DNA of 64,000 nt from Salpingoeca rosetta (GCA_033442325.1 JAWQFM010000003.1:2023490-2087489); one strand, 5' to 3'; shown: positions 15,088-29,918, numbered from the stretch's first letter. Program-made: numbers and translations. Notes: generated by a model from the sequence alone, not told the origin.

Positions 15088-16124
15088 ATGTGGGCGCTGG
15101 TGCAACAGATGTGACTTCCTGTATTGGTGTGTCTGTCCATCTCTCCAAGTGTGCGCCCACTCATGCGTTCCCCGCCTCTTTTCTCTCCACCAGGACGGCG
15201 ACCGCATCTCGTCGCTCGCTGCGCAGTTCATCCAGCAGTGCGCAACCGCCGCCGCCCTCGACCTCAACATCGGCGTCGTCCAGGTCGCACACATGCACAC
15301 ACGCGCGCGCGCACATGCACACACACATGCGCATCCACGTACACGTGTACATGCGCGCATAGACAATGTGGCTCAGCTCGAATTCGTATGCACACGCACA
15401 CGCACACATTCACATTCACATTCACATTCACATTCACATTCACATTCACATTCACACGTGTATGTACTCTCCGCTCCACGTTGCAGACTGCGTATGCGAA
15501 TGGCAACTCGACCAAGTTCCTGCAGACAAAGGCCGGTGTCCCCGTCGCATGCACAAAGACAGGTGCATGATGCAATGATGTCGTGATGCCTTCGTGATGG
15601 ATAGTGTGTGTGTGTGGTGCATAACTCCTTTTCTCATCCACAACTGTGCTGTTATTACTCGACACACCATGGCATCCCATGCTACTGCGCACCAGGTGTG
15701 AAGCACCTGCACCACAAGGCCCTCGACTACGATGTCGGCGTCTACTTCGAGGCAAACGGACACGGAACCGTAAGCTGGCCATGGCAGCTTGTTTGTTCGT
15801 CTGTGTTCTGATGCTCTCTCGCATGCAGATCGTGTGTCTGTGTGTGTCGAAGTATCCATATGCCTGTGCGTGCGTACTTATCCGTATGCCTCTGTGTGTG
15901 CGTGTGCGTGTGTGTTTGCCAGGTTGTGTTCAGCGATGCTGCTCTGAAGAAGATCAACGAGCACGAAAGTGGAAGGTGCGCAGTTGGCCTTCCACGCGAG
16001 TGCAGACAACAGCTGACTGACTTTGCATTTGGCATGCGACCATGCTGCTTGATGAAAGGCGAATACGCAATCACGACCTCGCACTCACTCTGAAATGCGT
16101 GCGCTTGCATGTGCGTTTGTCTGC

Positions 16125-16163
<39 letters not shown>

Positions 16164-16691
16164 TTCGTGTGTGCGGATGCGTGCAGTGAGGAGGGCAAGC
16201 GCGCGATTGCAATGCTCCGTGCAATGACGGAGCTCATCAACCAGGTGCAGTCGCCAACACGGGATCATGCAATGCTGCTGGTGATGGTGTTTATGTGGTG
16301 CTCAACACTCGCACATACAGGCACACATTCACATTGTGCTCGCGCGCATGCGCGTTCACACCCACGCACACATTCTCACGCATACACATTCATGTGCATT
16401 CGCACATATACGCTGACCGTTGGTCTGTCAATCCACTACTTGCATTCGCTTGAAGACTGTTGGCGATGCCATCTCAGACATGCTGATGGTGGAGGCCATT
16501 CTTCTGCTCCAGAACATGACTGTCGAAGACGTGAGTGCCGTCGTGGTGGAGGGTGTCGTGGCGCTGCTGTGTGCTTGCTCACGTGTGTGCATGTGTGTAT
16601 GTGTACGTGTGTGTGTGTGTTATTGCTCGTTCGATGGCAATCGTACCAGACTGCTAATCTTTCACTCACTCAACACAACTGTGATGTGATG

Positions 16692-16764
<73 letters not shown>

Positions 16765-17886
16765 GGGCCGCCATGTACGACGATCTTCCCAACCGCCAGC
16801 TGAAGGTCAAGGTGAGGTACACACGCGTGTATTTCCACACGCACAATATATCCTATGTGCGCCTGCAACAAGCACCTGCACACAACAACGTGCTGACACC
16901 TAAACTACTGTTGCTGTTGTTATCCTTGAAGATTGCTGACCGCTCCGTTGTCAAGACAACCAACGCAGGTGTGTACGTGTATGTGAGAGTGTGTGAGAGA
17001 GAGTATAAGTGCTTGTGTGTGAGTGTGTGTGTGTGTGTTTGTGCGTGAAAGTATGATTGCTTGTGTGTCATCTGCAATCCGAAACGCTTGCATGCGTTGC
17101 CACTCACAATGTCACCCGTTGTGCTTCACATGTGTGTGTGTGCAGAGCGGGAGTGCACGGCGCCGGCCGGTCTCCAATCCGCCATTGACGAACTCGTCAA
17201 GAAGTTCACGAGCGCGCGCAGCTTCGTCCGGTGTGTCTCTGTGTCTGTGTCTGCGTCTGTGTCTGTATCCATGTCTGTGTGTATGGAAGGCATCAAGAAA
17301 TGCGTTGCCGAGTGACATTTGCTTGTGAATCAACGACCTTCCCTTCTCGCTTTGTATGTTCTTCTTCCACTCATCTTTGCTCACCCTCCACCATCTTCGG
17401 CACGCTCCCATGCCTCCTAACCGCCTTCTCCAACGCAGCCCGTCCGGCACAGAGGATGTTGTGCGCGTGTACGCCGAGGCAGAGACGCGCGTATGTTGTC
17501 GTCGCCACATGGCTTGTGCACGTGTCCACGAATCATCAACATCAACGCCACGGAACTCTTCATGCTCTTGACACTCCTGTCTCGCCTCACCCACCTCATT
17601 TCCCGCTCACCCATCTCGCCCATCTCACTCATCTCATCCTCACAATTGCCCTCCGACCCCCGCCTTCAACACGTTGTTCAGGAGCAAGCTGACACGCTGG
17701 CCTGGGCTGTTGCTGGCAAGGTGAGCCCTTTCCAGCATGCTGATACGGATGGTGCTTGTTGCAGTTGTGATTGCTGTCGTGTCTGCTCGCTCGCTCACTT
17801 TCATGTCCGCTGTCTGCTGTTTGCACCGTTATTCTCAGGTGTGGGACCTTGCAGGCGGCATTGGTGATCGCCCACATGCCCCATAA
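12043..17886 (+). CDS. PGM3: Phosphoacetylglucosamine mutase (multi-exon)
   Basis: [13 protein letters not shown] (phospho-Ser loop), [22 protein letters not shown] (metal loop), [19 protein letters not shown] and [15 protein letters not shown] all occur in splice-compatible exons. Stop at 17884-17886. Confidence 0.95.
14364..14453 (+). repeat. 45-bp tandem duplication spanning a PGM3 exon/intron junction
   Basis: ctccatgctcaag|gtgtggcaaggcagcgg(g/a)gcgcaccacgc(t/c)gc occurs at 14364 and 14409. Confidence 0.9.
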
Positions 17887-18419
17887 GCACACACGCACAC
17901 GCACGCGCACACGCACACGCACACGCACACACACGCGCGCGCACACACGCACATGCACGCACACTCTTTCCCTTTTGTGTGGTGTCACTGATGTTACGTT
18001 CTCTTCAAGGCACGCACTGCTTGGGCGAGTGCACGTGATGTTGTGTCTGGTATTGAGTGTGGTGGTGAACATGCCGACAACGATGAACAGACACGACGGA
18101 ACTGCAATGAATCCACCGAGGTCCATATGAGCAACACCAGACGTCGCGGAACGAGAAAGGGACAGGGAGGAGCGAATCCGATAACAGCGGATGAAACGAA
18201 AGCGACAGAAAAGGGAACAAACAAACCAACACTTGCAAGCACGACAACAACATCCTTCAAGCTATTCGCTCATTACCGCGCACACGCACAGAGAACACTC
18301 ACTCTCTCACTCACACACAACTCACTCACTCATACACACACAACGCGCAACACACACACACACCATGCAACACACTCATTCACTCACTCGCCTACGCCCA
18401 CGCGTCCTTCCGCCGGGAG

Positions 18420-19796
18420 TTAGGCGTCTGTCTCTGGGCGCACATCTGCCACCTCCGCGTACCCGCCACTGTCAGCAGACCGCATGTCCCCCGCCTGCAT
18501 GTAGCCCTCCTCCCGCACATTCGCCACCTCCGCGTACCCGCCATCGCCCGGTGCCCCGTGTCTCACCTCTCCCACGTCCATGTACCCCGTGTCTCCACTC
18601 GTGGCGTTGCCTGCACGCACGTCACTGATCTCCGCATAGCCGCCATCCGCTGGGCCCGTGCTCCTTGCATCAGCAACGTCCATGTACCCGGTGTCCACTG
18701 TGCTCTCGCTCCGCACCTCTCCCACATCCATGTACCCCGTATCCACTGTACCACCGCTGGTGGTGTGGGATGCTGTTGCAGCTGTGTCTGCCACGTCCAT
18801 GTACCCCGTGTCCACGCTGCCTGACGCCTTCCTGCTGCCTGGCGCCGTCTCGGGCGCATCGTCCATCTGCCGCATCGCCTTGATGTCCGCCAGCGAGATG
18901 TACGGGTCCTCCGGGTCGTCCAACGCAAGGTCCATGTTGTCGTAGTCTTCCCTGTCGTACCCGTCATCGTCGTCGTCGTCGTCGTCGCCGCCCTCAAATA
19001 TGGTGTCGAGAGCGGTGCCGTCCTCCAATCGGCTCTTGAGCCCCGACGCCTCGTGCTCGAGCTCCTGCAGCATCGTCTCCAGATTCGCCTCTGCGTCCTG
19101 CTCGTCGTCGGCCTCGTCGCTCGACTCCACGCCCTCCAGCCCCTCCAGGCCCTCTGCTGCAGCGCCGATGAGGCGTGGCTGCCACACCGCATCTGGCGGG
19201 CACCTGAACGGCTCCCCCGACGACACAACCAGCACGTCGTCGTCGTTGACAAAGCCAATGTCCTTGATCTGGGTCCCATCTGGTGCGAAGACGGCGCCGA
19301 CTGGGAAGCCCATAGCGTCCGAGGCAACGATGCGCAGCTTGTCAAAGCTGGTGGGCAGCTCGAGCACTTTCCCGCCGGCGCGCTTGCCGTTGGGGAACAC
19401 GGTCACGCGATACATGATGTCCTCGTCTTGTGTTTTGGGGACTGCTGACCAGCGCCGCCGACCTTCCCACGACAGCGCAATCTCCTCCGCGGTGGTGACG
19501 GGCACACCCTTGGGCACAACGGAGCGGAGCGCCTGCAGCCATGCCTCCAGGTCCTCTTTGGTTTGTGCAAACACGTAGAGGGATTTGTTGGACGTGAAGA
19601 CGCCGAAACACAGGTGCGGGTTTGCGCCAGAGTACCATGAGATCTTGCATCGGCCGCCTGGCGCCACCTGCGTGCACCGTGTCAGATCAAGGCGACCAGC
19701 CTAGTGGGTGGAAGTGGAGGTGGAGGTGGAGGTGGAGGAGAAGGTGGAGGGGAAGGTGGAGGAGAAGGTGGAGGAGAAGTGGGTGCGTGGGTGTGG

Positions 19797-19837
<41 letters not shown>

Positions 19838-20190
19838 TGAGTGTTTGTGCGTGTGTGTGTTTGTGTGTGAGAGTATGTGATTAATGAATAGGCACAAGGC
19901 ATGATCAAAGGAAGAAACAAGTCTCCACCACGCAAACACGCAAGCACAAATGCGCACATCAAACACGCACATAGAACACTTACCAACCCACAAACACGAA
20001 CACACACACGAACACAAACACACACACACAGCACACAACAAACAACTCTTACCTCGTGTCTGTGTGAAGAGACGACAAAGTATCTTAATTGCTTGTCATC
20101 TGTAAGTTCAAAGTGTCTGCGCTTCCAGTTCTTCCGGATGTGCCCACGCTTGGTCAGAAACCCGCTGAACAGCAGCCTCGGCTCAGACAT
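18420..20190 (-). CDS. PH domain + KHA/DCX-like ubiquitin-fold domain + acidic tandem tyrosine-motif tail (2 exons)
   Basis: PH: FSGFLTKRGHIRKNWKRRHFEL...LYVFAQTKEDLEAWLQAL. RVTVFPNG...GKV...DGTQIKDIGFVNDDDVLVVSSGEPF resembles the KCTD9 N-terminal KHA/DCX-like domain. Tail has repeated GYMDV and GYAE[IV]. Confidence 0.8.
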
Positions 20191-21001
20191 GGTGCTATGG
20201 TGTGGTGTAGGGTGTGGGGTGGAGTTCAGCGAGTGGTGTTTGCTTTGCGCTCTGCCAGCCAAAATGGACTGCGCCTGAATTCAGTGGTTATTGTGCTCGT
20301 GGAATCTTCGCCTCTGCCTGTGAGTGCCGCAAACTTTTTGAAATTGTGGCATTCACTTGTTCGGTTGTTCATCATCAGGCCTTCTTTCTAGGGCGCTGGC
20401 TGGTTGACTGACTGCATCCTTGCACCCGCACCCTCTCCTGCTGCACAGCAGATGGGAGCAAGGTGCAGCAGCGCACAGCACGCTCACGCTCTTCCAGCTC
20501 TTTGTGGTTGATCTCGCAGTCGCCATTTGTTGGCAAGCCCCTTTCCTTTCTTGCTTTGTTTTGGCGAGACGCTTCGAGTGGATGGAAGGGATGAATGAAT
20601 ACATAGATGAAGAGAATGAATGAAGGAATGAATGAAAGGATGAATGAATGAATGAATGAATGAATGAATGAGCGATCCACTCATCACAATCAAAGGTGTA
20701 ACACGCGACTGTCTGTCTTCTGTGCTGTTGCCGCTGGTGTACTGTCGTGGCACGTTGACGCAACGTTGACGCAACGTTGATCGTGGATGGAAAAAAATGT
20801 CTCTTACTGTTTTATTGAACTGCAAAACCGCGAAAGCGATACCGTGCGTGTCTGCTCTGGCTTGCAACACACCCCTCTCCCTCGCCGCCGAGAAGGCATG
20901 GACACTGGTCACACCTGTGATTGCAAGAAGCAAAGTTGGCAAAAGGCTTGATCGCTTTGAATTCGGTTCGTGTCTTTATTCTGTACAAGAGTGTGTGTGT
21001 A

Positions 21002-21115
<114 letters not shown>

Positions 21116-21286
21116 CGTGTGTTTACATGAGTGCGTACAAGGCGCAGCCAAATATTAATTACTGTCAACAGCAGATCAAAGGAATGAACAATCGTTGGCA
21201 TGCATCGAGGGTGTCAGCGCCGCTGCTAGCGAATCGTGACCTCACGACAAGACGACCAAGGATACACCTGCCCGCCAGCCCACATC

Positions 21287-24200
21287 TCACGGCAGCAGAG
21301 AGCCAGTGCTGGACGCCTTGGCGTGCATGGCAGCCTGGATGTGTGCCCGCAGTCGCTGTGCAAGCGTGTCCACACGGTCCACCCTCTCCAGGTACTTGTC
21401 GATTGCGGCGCTCGCCTCCTCCAAGTTGTCTGCAGGGCGACAGATGTGTGCACACGCATGTGGTTGGGTTGGTGTGAATGGAAGCCGCAAGATCAAGCAT
21501 GTGGGGAGAAATATAGGCTGTGACATGAACACATATGACCGTTGACGGACGCACACACACACACGCACACACATGCACAGACAAACAGACACCCCGCCCC
21601 CCCACACGCACACAGACAGACAAACGCGGCGTGCGCACCAAGCTTCTCGTGGGCAAGTGCGAGGTTGAAAAGCACATCCTCGTGGCAGTGTGGGGTTGCG
21701 GCTGCCCGCTTAAAGTCATCAAGCGCATCCGCCATCTCCCCAAGGCTCGCCTGCAGTATGCATACGTGGTTGCGTGGTTGCGCGTGTTTGTGTGCGCGCG
21801 TTGTGTAAATGGACAGTGTGACGTGCATCGAGGATGCGCATGTACTTCGCATTACACCCTCACCCACGGTAGACGAACACGCCCACACATACACAGCATG
21901 CAGGTGTATACAGGCACACACACACACACACACACAAGCACGCACACACACACCTTGCAGATGCCACGGTTGTTGAACAAGTCATCATCGTCCTCCTCGC
22001 TCAGCTCGCACGCCTTGTCGTAGAGTGAAAGTGCCTGCCGCAGCTGTCGCTTGGCCAGCAGCACGTTTGCCAGGTTGTAGTATGCGAGCACATATGTTGC
22101 GTCTGCGGCAATGGCGGCCCGGAAGTCCTCCACAGCCGGGCGACCCTGCTTTGAGTAAAGCAGCACAACACCGCGCGCGTTGTACAGTTTCGCTGCCGGG
22201 ATGTGTGCAGGTTGTGAATGATAGAGAGGCGAAGTACAAGCGAGAACATGCGCGCGCGTATGTGTGCGTGTGTGAGGAGTTGGGAGGCACACAAGGAGGA
22301 AACACGCAGACTCGGGCACAGGCACAAGCGCCCAGCGGCAGCCAGGCACACAGGCACACAGGCACACGCACAGAGCCACAGACAGACAGACAGACAGACA
22401 TACATACATACATACATACATACATACATACATACATTCATACATACATACAGACATACACACACACACACACAGACACACAGGCGTGACACATGGTGGC
22501 ACCTGTTGGGTGGACGGAGATGGCGTGAGACAGGTCTCGAAACGCATCGCCAAGCTGCTGCACCTGCAGAGAAACAACAGCGCGGGCCTCGAGCAGCACG
22601 CTGTTATGCGGCGCCCACGTGATGGCGTGCGAAAGCACCACATACGCCTGCTTCAGGTGGCCAGAGGTTTGCATGCTGCAGTACAAGACCAAGGGCAGCA
22701 AGCAACGAGGGGGGAGGGAGAGAAAGGCATGGTTGAGCGTGGTGTCATTCAAGTGCTGATGCAACCAAAGGCCATGGAAGGAAGCACCAGCAACCAAAGT
22801 ACAAAATGTAACAAAGCAGCAGACCACAACACCATACAACGCAGCAACACAGCACACCACGCAACGCAATGCACGAAGCACACCACACAAAGCCCCGCCC
22901 CCCCCACCTGACTGCGAGGTTGTGGTATGCGGGGGTGAAGCGTGGATCGATGTGGATGGCGCGGAGGAAGTCGCGTTTGGACAGGCGACGTGACCGCTCC
23001 GTGTTCATGTCCAGCAACGCATTGCCGCGCCCAAGATACGCTTGCACAAACTGACCATGTGCGTGCGGGTGCGTTGATATGCGCGTATGTTCACGTGAGC
23101 GATAGAGAGTGAGAAGTGGGTGTGAACAACGAGACACCAAGCAAACAGGTAACGGAATGATGGTGATTGGTTGATTGATTAGTTGGTTGGTTGGTTGGTT
23201 GGTTGATTGATTGATTGGTTGATAATGATGATGAAAGGTCCTGTGAACTCACGTGATGGTCGAGGTCGATGGCGCGGCTGTAGTACTCGATTGAGTTGAG
23301 ATAGTCCCGGCTGGTGCATGCGCGTCGTTTGAATACGGGCAAGGGAAACAAGATGAGAGGCTGCAGCCTGCATACAGTGAAACATACACACACACAGACA
23401 CACACAGGCACAGACAGACAGACACTCACACATACACACACACACACAGACGGACACACACATACAACACACATACACACACACACACAGAGCTCTCACT
23501 TTCTGTAGAAGCACAGGGCGGTTGTGTGCAACAGGAGCGGGTTTGACGCGTTCTCTGGCGAGCGCTCCAACAACTCGAGCAAATCGCACAGCGCAGCGAG
23601 ATTTGACCCCATACTCATGTACGCAAGCGCCCTGTTCAGCAGCACTTGCTCCCGGTAGCCTGTCATGATGGCACGGAGGAGAAACGGTTGGGGGGGGGGG
23701 GTGGGTTGGACGAGAAAGCCATTGAGCTTATCGTGTGCAAGGTGGTGTTCCTTCACCAACGCTAGTCCAACCAGCACACATACACAACTCACAACGCACA
23801 GCCCACGCACCCACCCACACCTACACACCCACCCACACCTACACCCACACCCACCCCCACAGACAGCACACCCCCACTCGCACGCACACACAGACAGCGC
23901 ACCTTCTCCCTTGTCGTAGAGGAGGACGGTACTGTAGTCGCTGACGGCGTTGTTGTACTGCCCGAGCATGTGGTGCCCAACACCGCGGTTGAAGAATGCG
24001 AGCGGGTTCCCTGGGTCCCTCTCTGTGGCGTCCGTCAGATCGCGTACACCAAGCTCAAGCGTCTTGTTGAGGAGTTTCAGGCACCCGCGCATGATGAGCG
24101 CACGTGTGCTGCTGGGCTCAATGCGGAGGGCCTGGAGAGGGGAAGAGGGGTAAGGGGGGGGGCAGGTCGAAAGGAAGAGCGGGTATTGCGAGCATGGGTG

Positions 24201-24292
24201 ACTTGGTGAGGGAATGGCAATAGCCACAGCAACAACAATAACAACTGAAGCACAGCAACAGCAACTTCAAGGGCACTGGCCGCAATGCCACG

Positions 24293-24373
<81 letters not shown>

Positions 24374-25501
24374 ACGTTGTTGCAATCGAGGATGGCCTTT
24401 GGGAACCTGGACTGTCCTGCAAAGTAGGCAGCGCGCGTCAGGAACCCTTGCCACAGGGACGGGTCTTTCTCCAGTGCTCGATTCACGTCAGGCAGCACGC
24501 GCGGCAGGCCGAGCTTCAGTTTGCACTTGGCCCGCTGTCAAGTGCATGTGTGTGCGTGATTAGTTCGTGGGTGGGCAACGAAGCAAACGCCAACGAAGGA
24601 CAAAGCATGGAAAGGGAAGTACAGTATGCACACACAGATGCACAGACACAGAGACATACACACATACGCAAACGCACACACAGACACAGACACAAACACA
24701 CACACACACACACCTCAAACAGGGCGAGCGAGTGTGTGTTATCCATCGACACGGCTTGGTTAAACACGTTGAGCGCGAGTTTGTCGTCGCCAAGCTTGAG
24801 GCAGCACAGGCCGAGGTTGTAGTACACATCCGCACTGCAGGTGACAGCACAGCACATGCGCGTGAGATGCAGGCGTGTATGAGAGTGTGCACGTGCACAC
24901 GTGCGTGTGGACGCAAACAGATATAGACACAAGGCAACGTGTACACAGACACATACGCTCAAATCGCACTCTCACGCCGATACAGCCAAGGAGCACTGTA
25001 CCAGCAACACCCATCACTCCCATGCTCACTATGATGCGCGCACCTTTCAGCACCGACTTCAACCATGTGCTGGAAGACGCTGACGGCCTCTTGCACGCGA
25101 TTTGATTTGAGCAGCGCCCGACCCAGCGCAGGAAAGTACGTCTCGACAATCTAATCATTGGGGGAGGGGATGGTGATGGTGACGGTGATGAGGGTGTGTC
25201 AGTTACACGTAGGGTTTGGCGTAGAGGACAAGGGCGCAAGCGTGTGCATGCACAGACAAATACTACAGTAGCACCACCACCACCAGCACACTCATCATCA
25301 CCACGGCCGCTGCGTGCCTCACCCCTCCTTCGACGCGGTTGTCAGCCAAGTGCTCGGTGACGTTGGTGATGGCTGCAGTATTGCCGCTGCTCGGCCACAC
25401 CGTCCTGCACAGCACCGCAATTGCCTCGTCCCGGTGGCCCAGGAAAATCTGCACATGTGTGCGTGTGCGCGTGCGCGTGCGTGTGTGTGTGTGCGTGGTG
25501 C

Positions 25502-25543
<42 letters not shown>

Positions 25544-25939
25544 TGTATGTGTTTGTGAGCGAATGGGTGTAGGCGTGTTTGCGCGCACGCGCGAAAATGT
25601 GAGTGAGAGAACATGTGTGTGTCTGTGCAAGCGTGCCCTTGTGCATGCGTGTGCATATCGCCCATGCCAGCCAACGTTGTCTGCGGAACGCGAGGTAATA
25701 GTGCAAACAGCGTGCACGATAGACTCAAGAAGGGCAAACGCACATCGACGTCGGTCTGCAGCGAGGGCGTCTGGCCAAGATGGTCGCACAGGCGCCGCGC
25801 ACCGCTCAGCATCGCCTCTGCCTGGCGCGCAAGGCCCAGGCGAAGGGCAAGGCGGCCACACAACAGCCTTGAAGGAAGTAGGGGAGAGGGGGAGATGATG
25901 GCGGTGATGTTGTGAGAGCAAAGAGACGGAAGCAGAGGA

Positions 25940-25978
<39 letters not shown>

Positions 25979-26148
25979 GGGCATGCGCGCGTGTGCTCTT
26001 GCAGCGGTTGTCGTAACACACCACTCTCACCTGTATTTGATGTTGGTGGGGGCAATGTGGATCAACCGTGCATAGTCGTGCAACGCTCGAAAGAGGGTCT
26101 GGTCAGAATAGTCTGGCAGGGCCAGTCAACAATTCAGCAGAACAGCAA

Positions 26149-26236
<88 letters not shown>

Positions 26237-26342
26237 GTGAGCGAAGCTGGCGCTCATGTACGCAAACAGTAATCAGAAACCACACACGAAGGCTCACTTG
26301 CCACAACATACGACATCCCAGAACATCTCAGTTGCACCACAG

Positions 26343-26374
<32 letters not shown>

Positions 26375-29300
26375 AGACACAGACAGACACACACACAAAC
26401 ACACACACATGTGGGAGCTGACCTGTCTCGAATGCCCTGCTCTGCTTGTCGAGTTCAAGGTAGCACTCTGCACGGGCGAGGATGGCATCTTCACAGCTCG
26501 GGTCAGCGCCCAGCGCTTTGGTAAAGTACTTGATGGCAGTCGCATACTTGCCCAGCTGCCGCAGATTCAGCAGCCCGAGTTGGCACAGCACTGCCGGAGA
26601 GCGGAAGAGGGGGGGCAGGGTGGAGTGTGGTGTGAGAGGAGAAGAAAAGAAGGGATACGTTTTGGAGCGAGCCCGAAAATTGGAGATACACACACGCAAA
26701 CATCACCAAGAAACACGCACAGACACACAGACAAACACGCACGACACAGACACACACAGACACACACACACGCACATACACACACACACCTGCGACGAGA
26801 GTCTTTGTGGGATGGCCAAGTTTGAGGCATTGCAACTCTTCACTGGCGAGACAGGCGAGCAGATCAGGCAGGGCCTCCTTGTGCTGGAACAGCATCGCGT
26901 ACAGCATACCGCGACGCAGGTACGCCTCGGTGGAGAGCTCGTGACTCGCATCAATGAGCAGCGCAATGCTCAGGTCCTTGATGGCGCGGCGCGGGTGTGC
27001 CCTGGAGAGCATGAGCGCGCGGTTGAAGTACGCGCGCTTGTTGTTCGGTTCGAGATGGATGCATTGCGTGATGTCACGCAGCGCTGACACGTGGTCGCCG
27101 CTGTGTGAGTTTGCCATTGCGCGCTGGAAGTAGAGGTGGGAGTCGTAAGGCATGGCCACAATGAGAGCGGTGAGGTGCTTGATGCTCTGGCGGTAGCTGC
27201 CCCTGTTAAACAGCACCTCCGCATACTTGCGGCGGGCCATGAGGTGGTCTGGATCAATCTCAAGCACCATCAGAAGATCAGATGCCGCCTGCTGCATGTC
27301 TCCATGCTCCTCCTGCTCGCGCGTGCGTGTGTGTGCAGCATGCGTGGATGTTTCGTGGGTGCATGGGTGGGACCTCGTGAGCGCAAGCAGGTCTTGCTTG
27401 ACATCCACTCCACGCTACACAGGCAAAACGACGAAGTCGTAGATGGAGCCACAGATAAACAGACGCATACACAGGCAGACAGACGCACACACGCGAGGGC
27501 TGCGACCTACTTCAAGCATGGCCTTCATGTAGTACGCGTCGGCGTCCTGCCCATTGTAGATGATGGCCATCTGGAACAACAACAAGACCAACAACGATAA
27601 CAGAAGCAGCAGGAGGAGGAGGAAGAGGAGGAGGAGGGGGTGGAGGAGGAGGAGGGGGTGGTGGTGGTGGTGGTGGTGGTGCAGGGATGAACACGATGGG
27701 ATGGGATGAGTCGAGTGAGTCACAACATCATGAGTCCTCAACACTGTTAATCATGCATGGTTAATTGCCGGCCAAAGTGCGAAAACAGTGCGTGCACCTG
27801 CAGTGCGGAGATGGTGTCTGTCTCCTTGCCCGTCGTGTCCTTCAACAGATGTGCGCGTGCGCGGTAAAAGCGATACTCGGGCTGCAGGCGAATGCACTGG
27901 TCAATCACCTCAAGTCCAGAGTGGGTGTTGCCCACAATTGCGTATGCCATAAACAGCTGCACCGTGCGTAAGCGTGTTGTGAGTCAAGCGGAGAAGGTGA
28001 GAGCAACGCGCAGGAGAAACACTCAGATGTGCCTGTGCATGCAAACACCCTTGCACGCACAGCTGGTCGGCCCAAGGACAACAGTGTCACCGGTAAGAAC
28101 AGCAACAAGTACAAGAACAAGAACAAGAACAAGAACAAGAGCAAGAGCAAGAGCAAGAACAAGAACAAGAACAAAAAAAAGAACAAGTACAAGAACAAGA
28201 ACATCACCCCTACAGCCATGACGCACCAGCCAGCGCGCGTGGACATTTCTTGGGCTCTGGCTGACGGCGCCCTGCAGGAAACCGAGAGCCGCATCCGGTC
28301 GCGCAAGGTGAAGCGACGTCTCTCCTGTGATGGCGACGTTGGTGATGTTGGTGGTGATAAGGATGAGGGTAAAGAAATGGGGGGGAGGGATGGAAACGGG
28401 TGAGCCTGGCATCACCTCAGAGCAAGAATACACAGATTCAAACGAGCTACAAACCATGTGTATGGGTATGAGTTTGTGTATGTGTATGAGAGAGAGTGTG
28501 TGTGATACGAACCGAGCTTGATGAGTAGGGTTGTCTGCTCCTCCTCTGACGGACTGTTCTCAGACTGCGCCTGCATGTATTTTGCCATTAAAGCTTCGTG
28601 CTCTTTCCGCAGTGTAGCTTCCTCCTCCGTCTCCTCTGTTGAATACATGTGCGTGCGTGTGTGTGTTTGGTTGTGTGTGTGTGTTTGGTTGTGTGAGTGA
28701 GTGAGTGAGTGAGTGAGTGAGTGAGTGAGTGAGTGAGTGAGTGAGTGAGTGAGTGTGTGAGTGAGTGAGTGAGTGAGTGAGTGAGTGTGTGTGTGTGTGT
28801 CAGGTGCAGCGGCGACGGCGCCGTTAACGAGCGTGCGATGTGCATGTATCAAAGCGCACCCCCTCCCCCAACTCACGCCCAAAAGCAAACTGGTGAGCAC
28901 TGCACCTGGATCAGCGCCGGACTGGAGGAGGTCGCGTTGCTTCGACGTCTTCTCGATAAAGGCGAGCGTGGCATAAAACTCCTTTGTCTGCACGTGCACG
29001 CACAAGGTCAACCAAAACAAACAATTGAGTCGTTGTTGATGTGAGGGAAGGCCGTATGCATGTGAGCAATTGCGTGTCTTCCTTCCACTGTGTGGGAAGA
29101 AACAAAATCCCACTCGCGTGACCAAGTAGGAGCAACAGCGCACGCGTCTGCGTCACATGTGTTCAGGGTGCTCACCTGCCGAACACTGGCAGCAATCTTG
29201 TCTGCATTCACGTCTGTGTTTGATTCCCGCTTTGTCGCTGTAGGGACATGTTCACGTGGTATGGGTGAGTGCTTGTGTTGAAGAATGTCACATGCAAAAC

Positions 29301-29918
29301 CTGAAAACAAAACAATCCGATGCCTTCATGTGCACACGACATTGTCTGCGCTGCACACACACACACGCACACGCACACACACACACGCACACACACATGC
29401 ACGTACGTGTTGGCGTTGTGACGCGGGCGGAACGCTCGTCCTCCAATGACTCATCAGCATCACCGCCGGTGGTCGTGTCCGGGTTTTTCGCTGCGCTGCT
29501 GCTGCTGTGCTGCGGCGGCGAAGTGGATGTCTGGTCCGATGCTGCCGTTGTCCGCGATCGGCTCCTCTCCAGCATGGAGCGAACCGCCTCCAGACGCGAC
29601 TTGGACTCGCGGTCCACAACTGCATCGGGTGTGGTGTGTGTGGTGTGTGTGTGTGTTCGAACAAACGAGAAGTGAGACACAGTGCATGCAGTTTGGAAGC
29701 GCGCAGCACCGCTCAGGTCCTGTGCCTTTTTCAGCGTTCACCCAGGTCTGCTCCAGCACCGATACCATCGCCCCTGTGTGACTCACCCCGCGTGTGTTTG
29801 TCGCTGAGAGCATCCGATGACGAGCGCGCCACCGACAGCAGCGACGAACCAGACGAACGGCCAAGCTGCGGTTGTGGGCACGGGTGTATGTGCATGTGTG
29901 TGTGTATGTGCATGTGTG

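Noticed and set aside
18437-18810. Repeat-spacer-like pattern (ccatgtacccc units) as a CRISPR-like array
   Set aside because: Coding tyrosine-motif repeats in a eukaryotic exon, with related 'spacers' and no cas genes.
20752-20780. Short tandem acgttgacgca x2.5
   Set aside because: Too short to assign a function; likely slippage.
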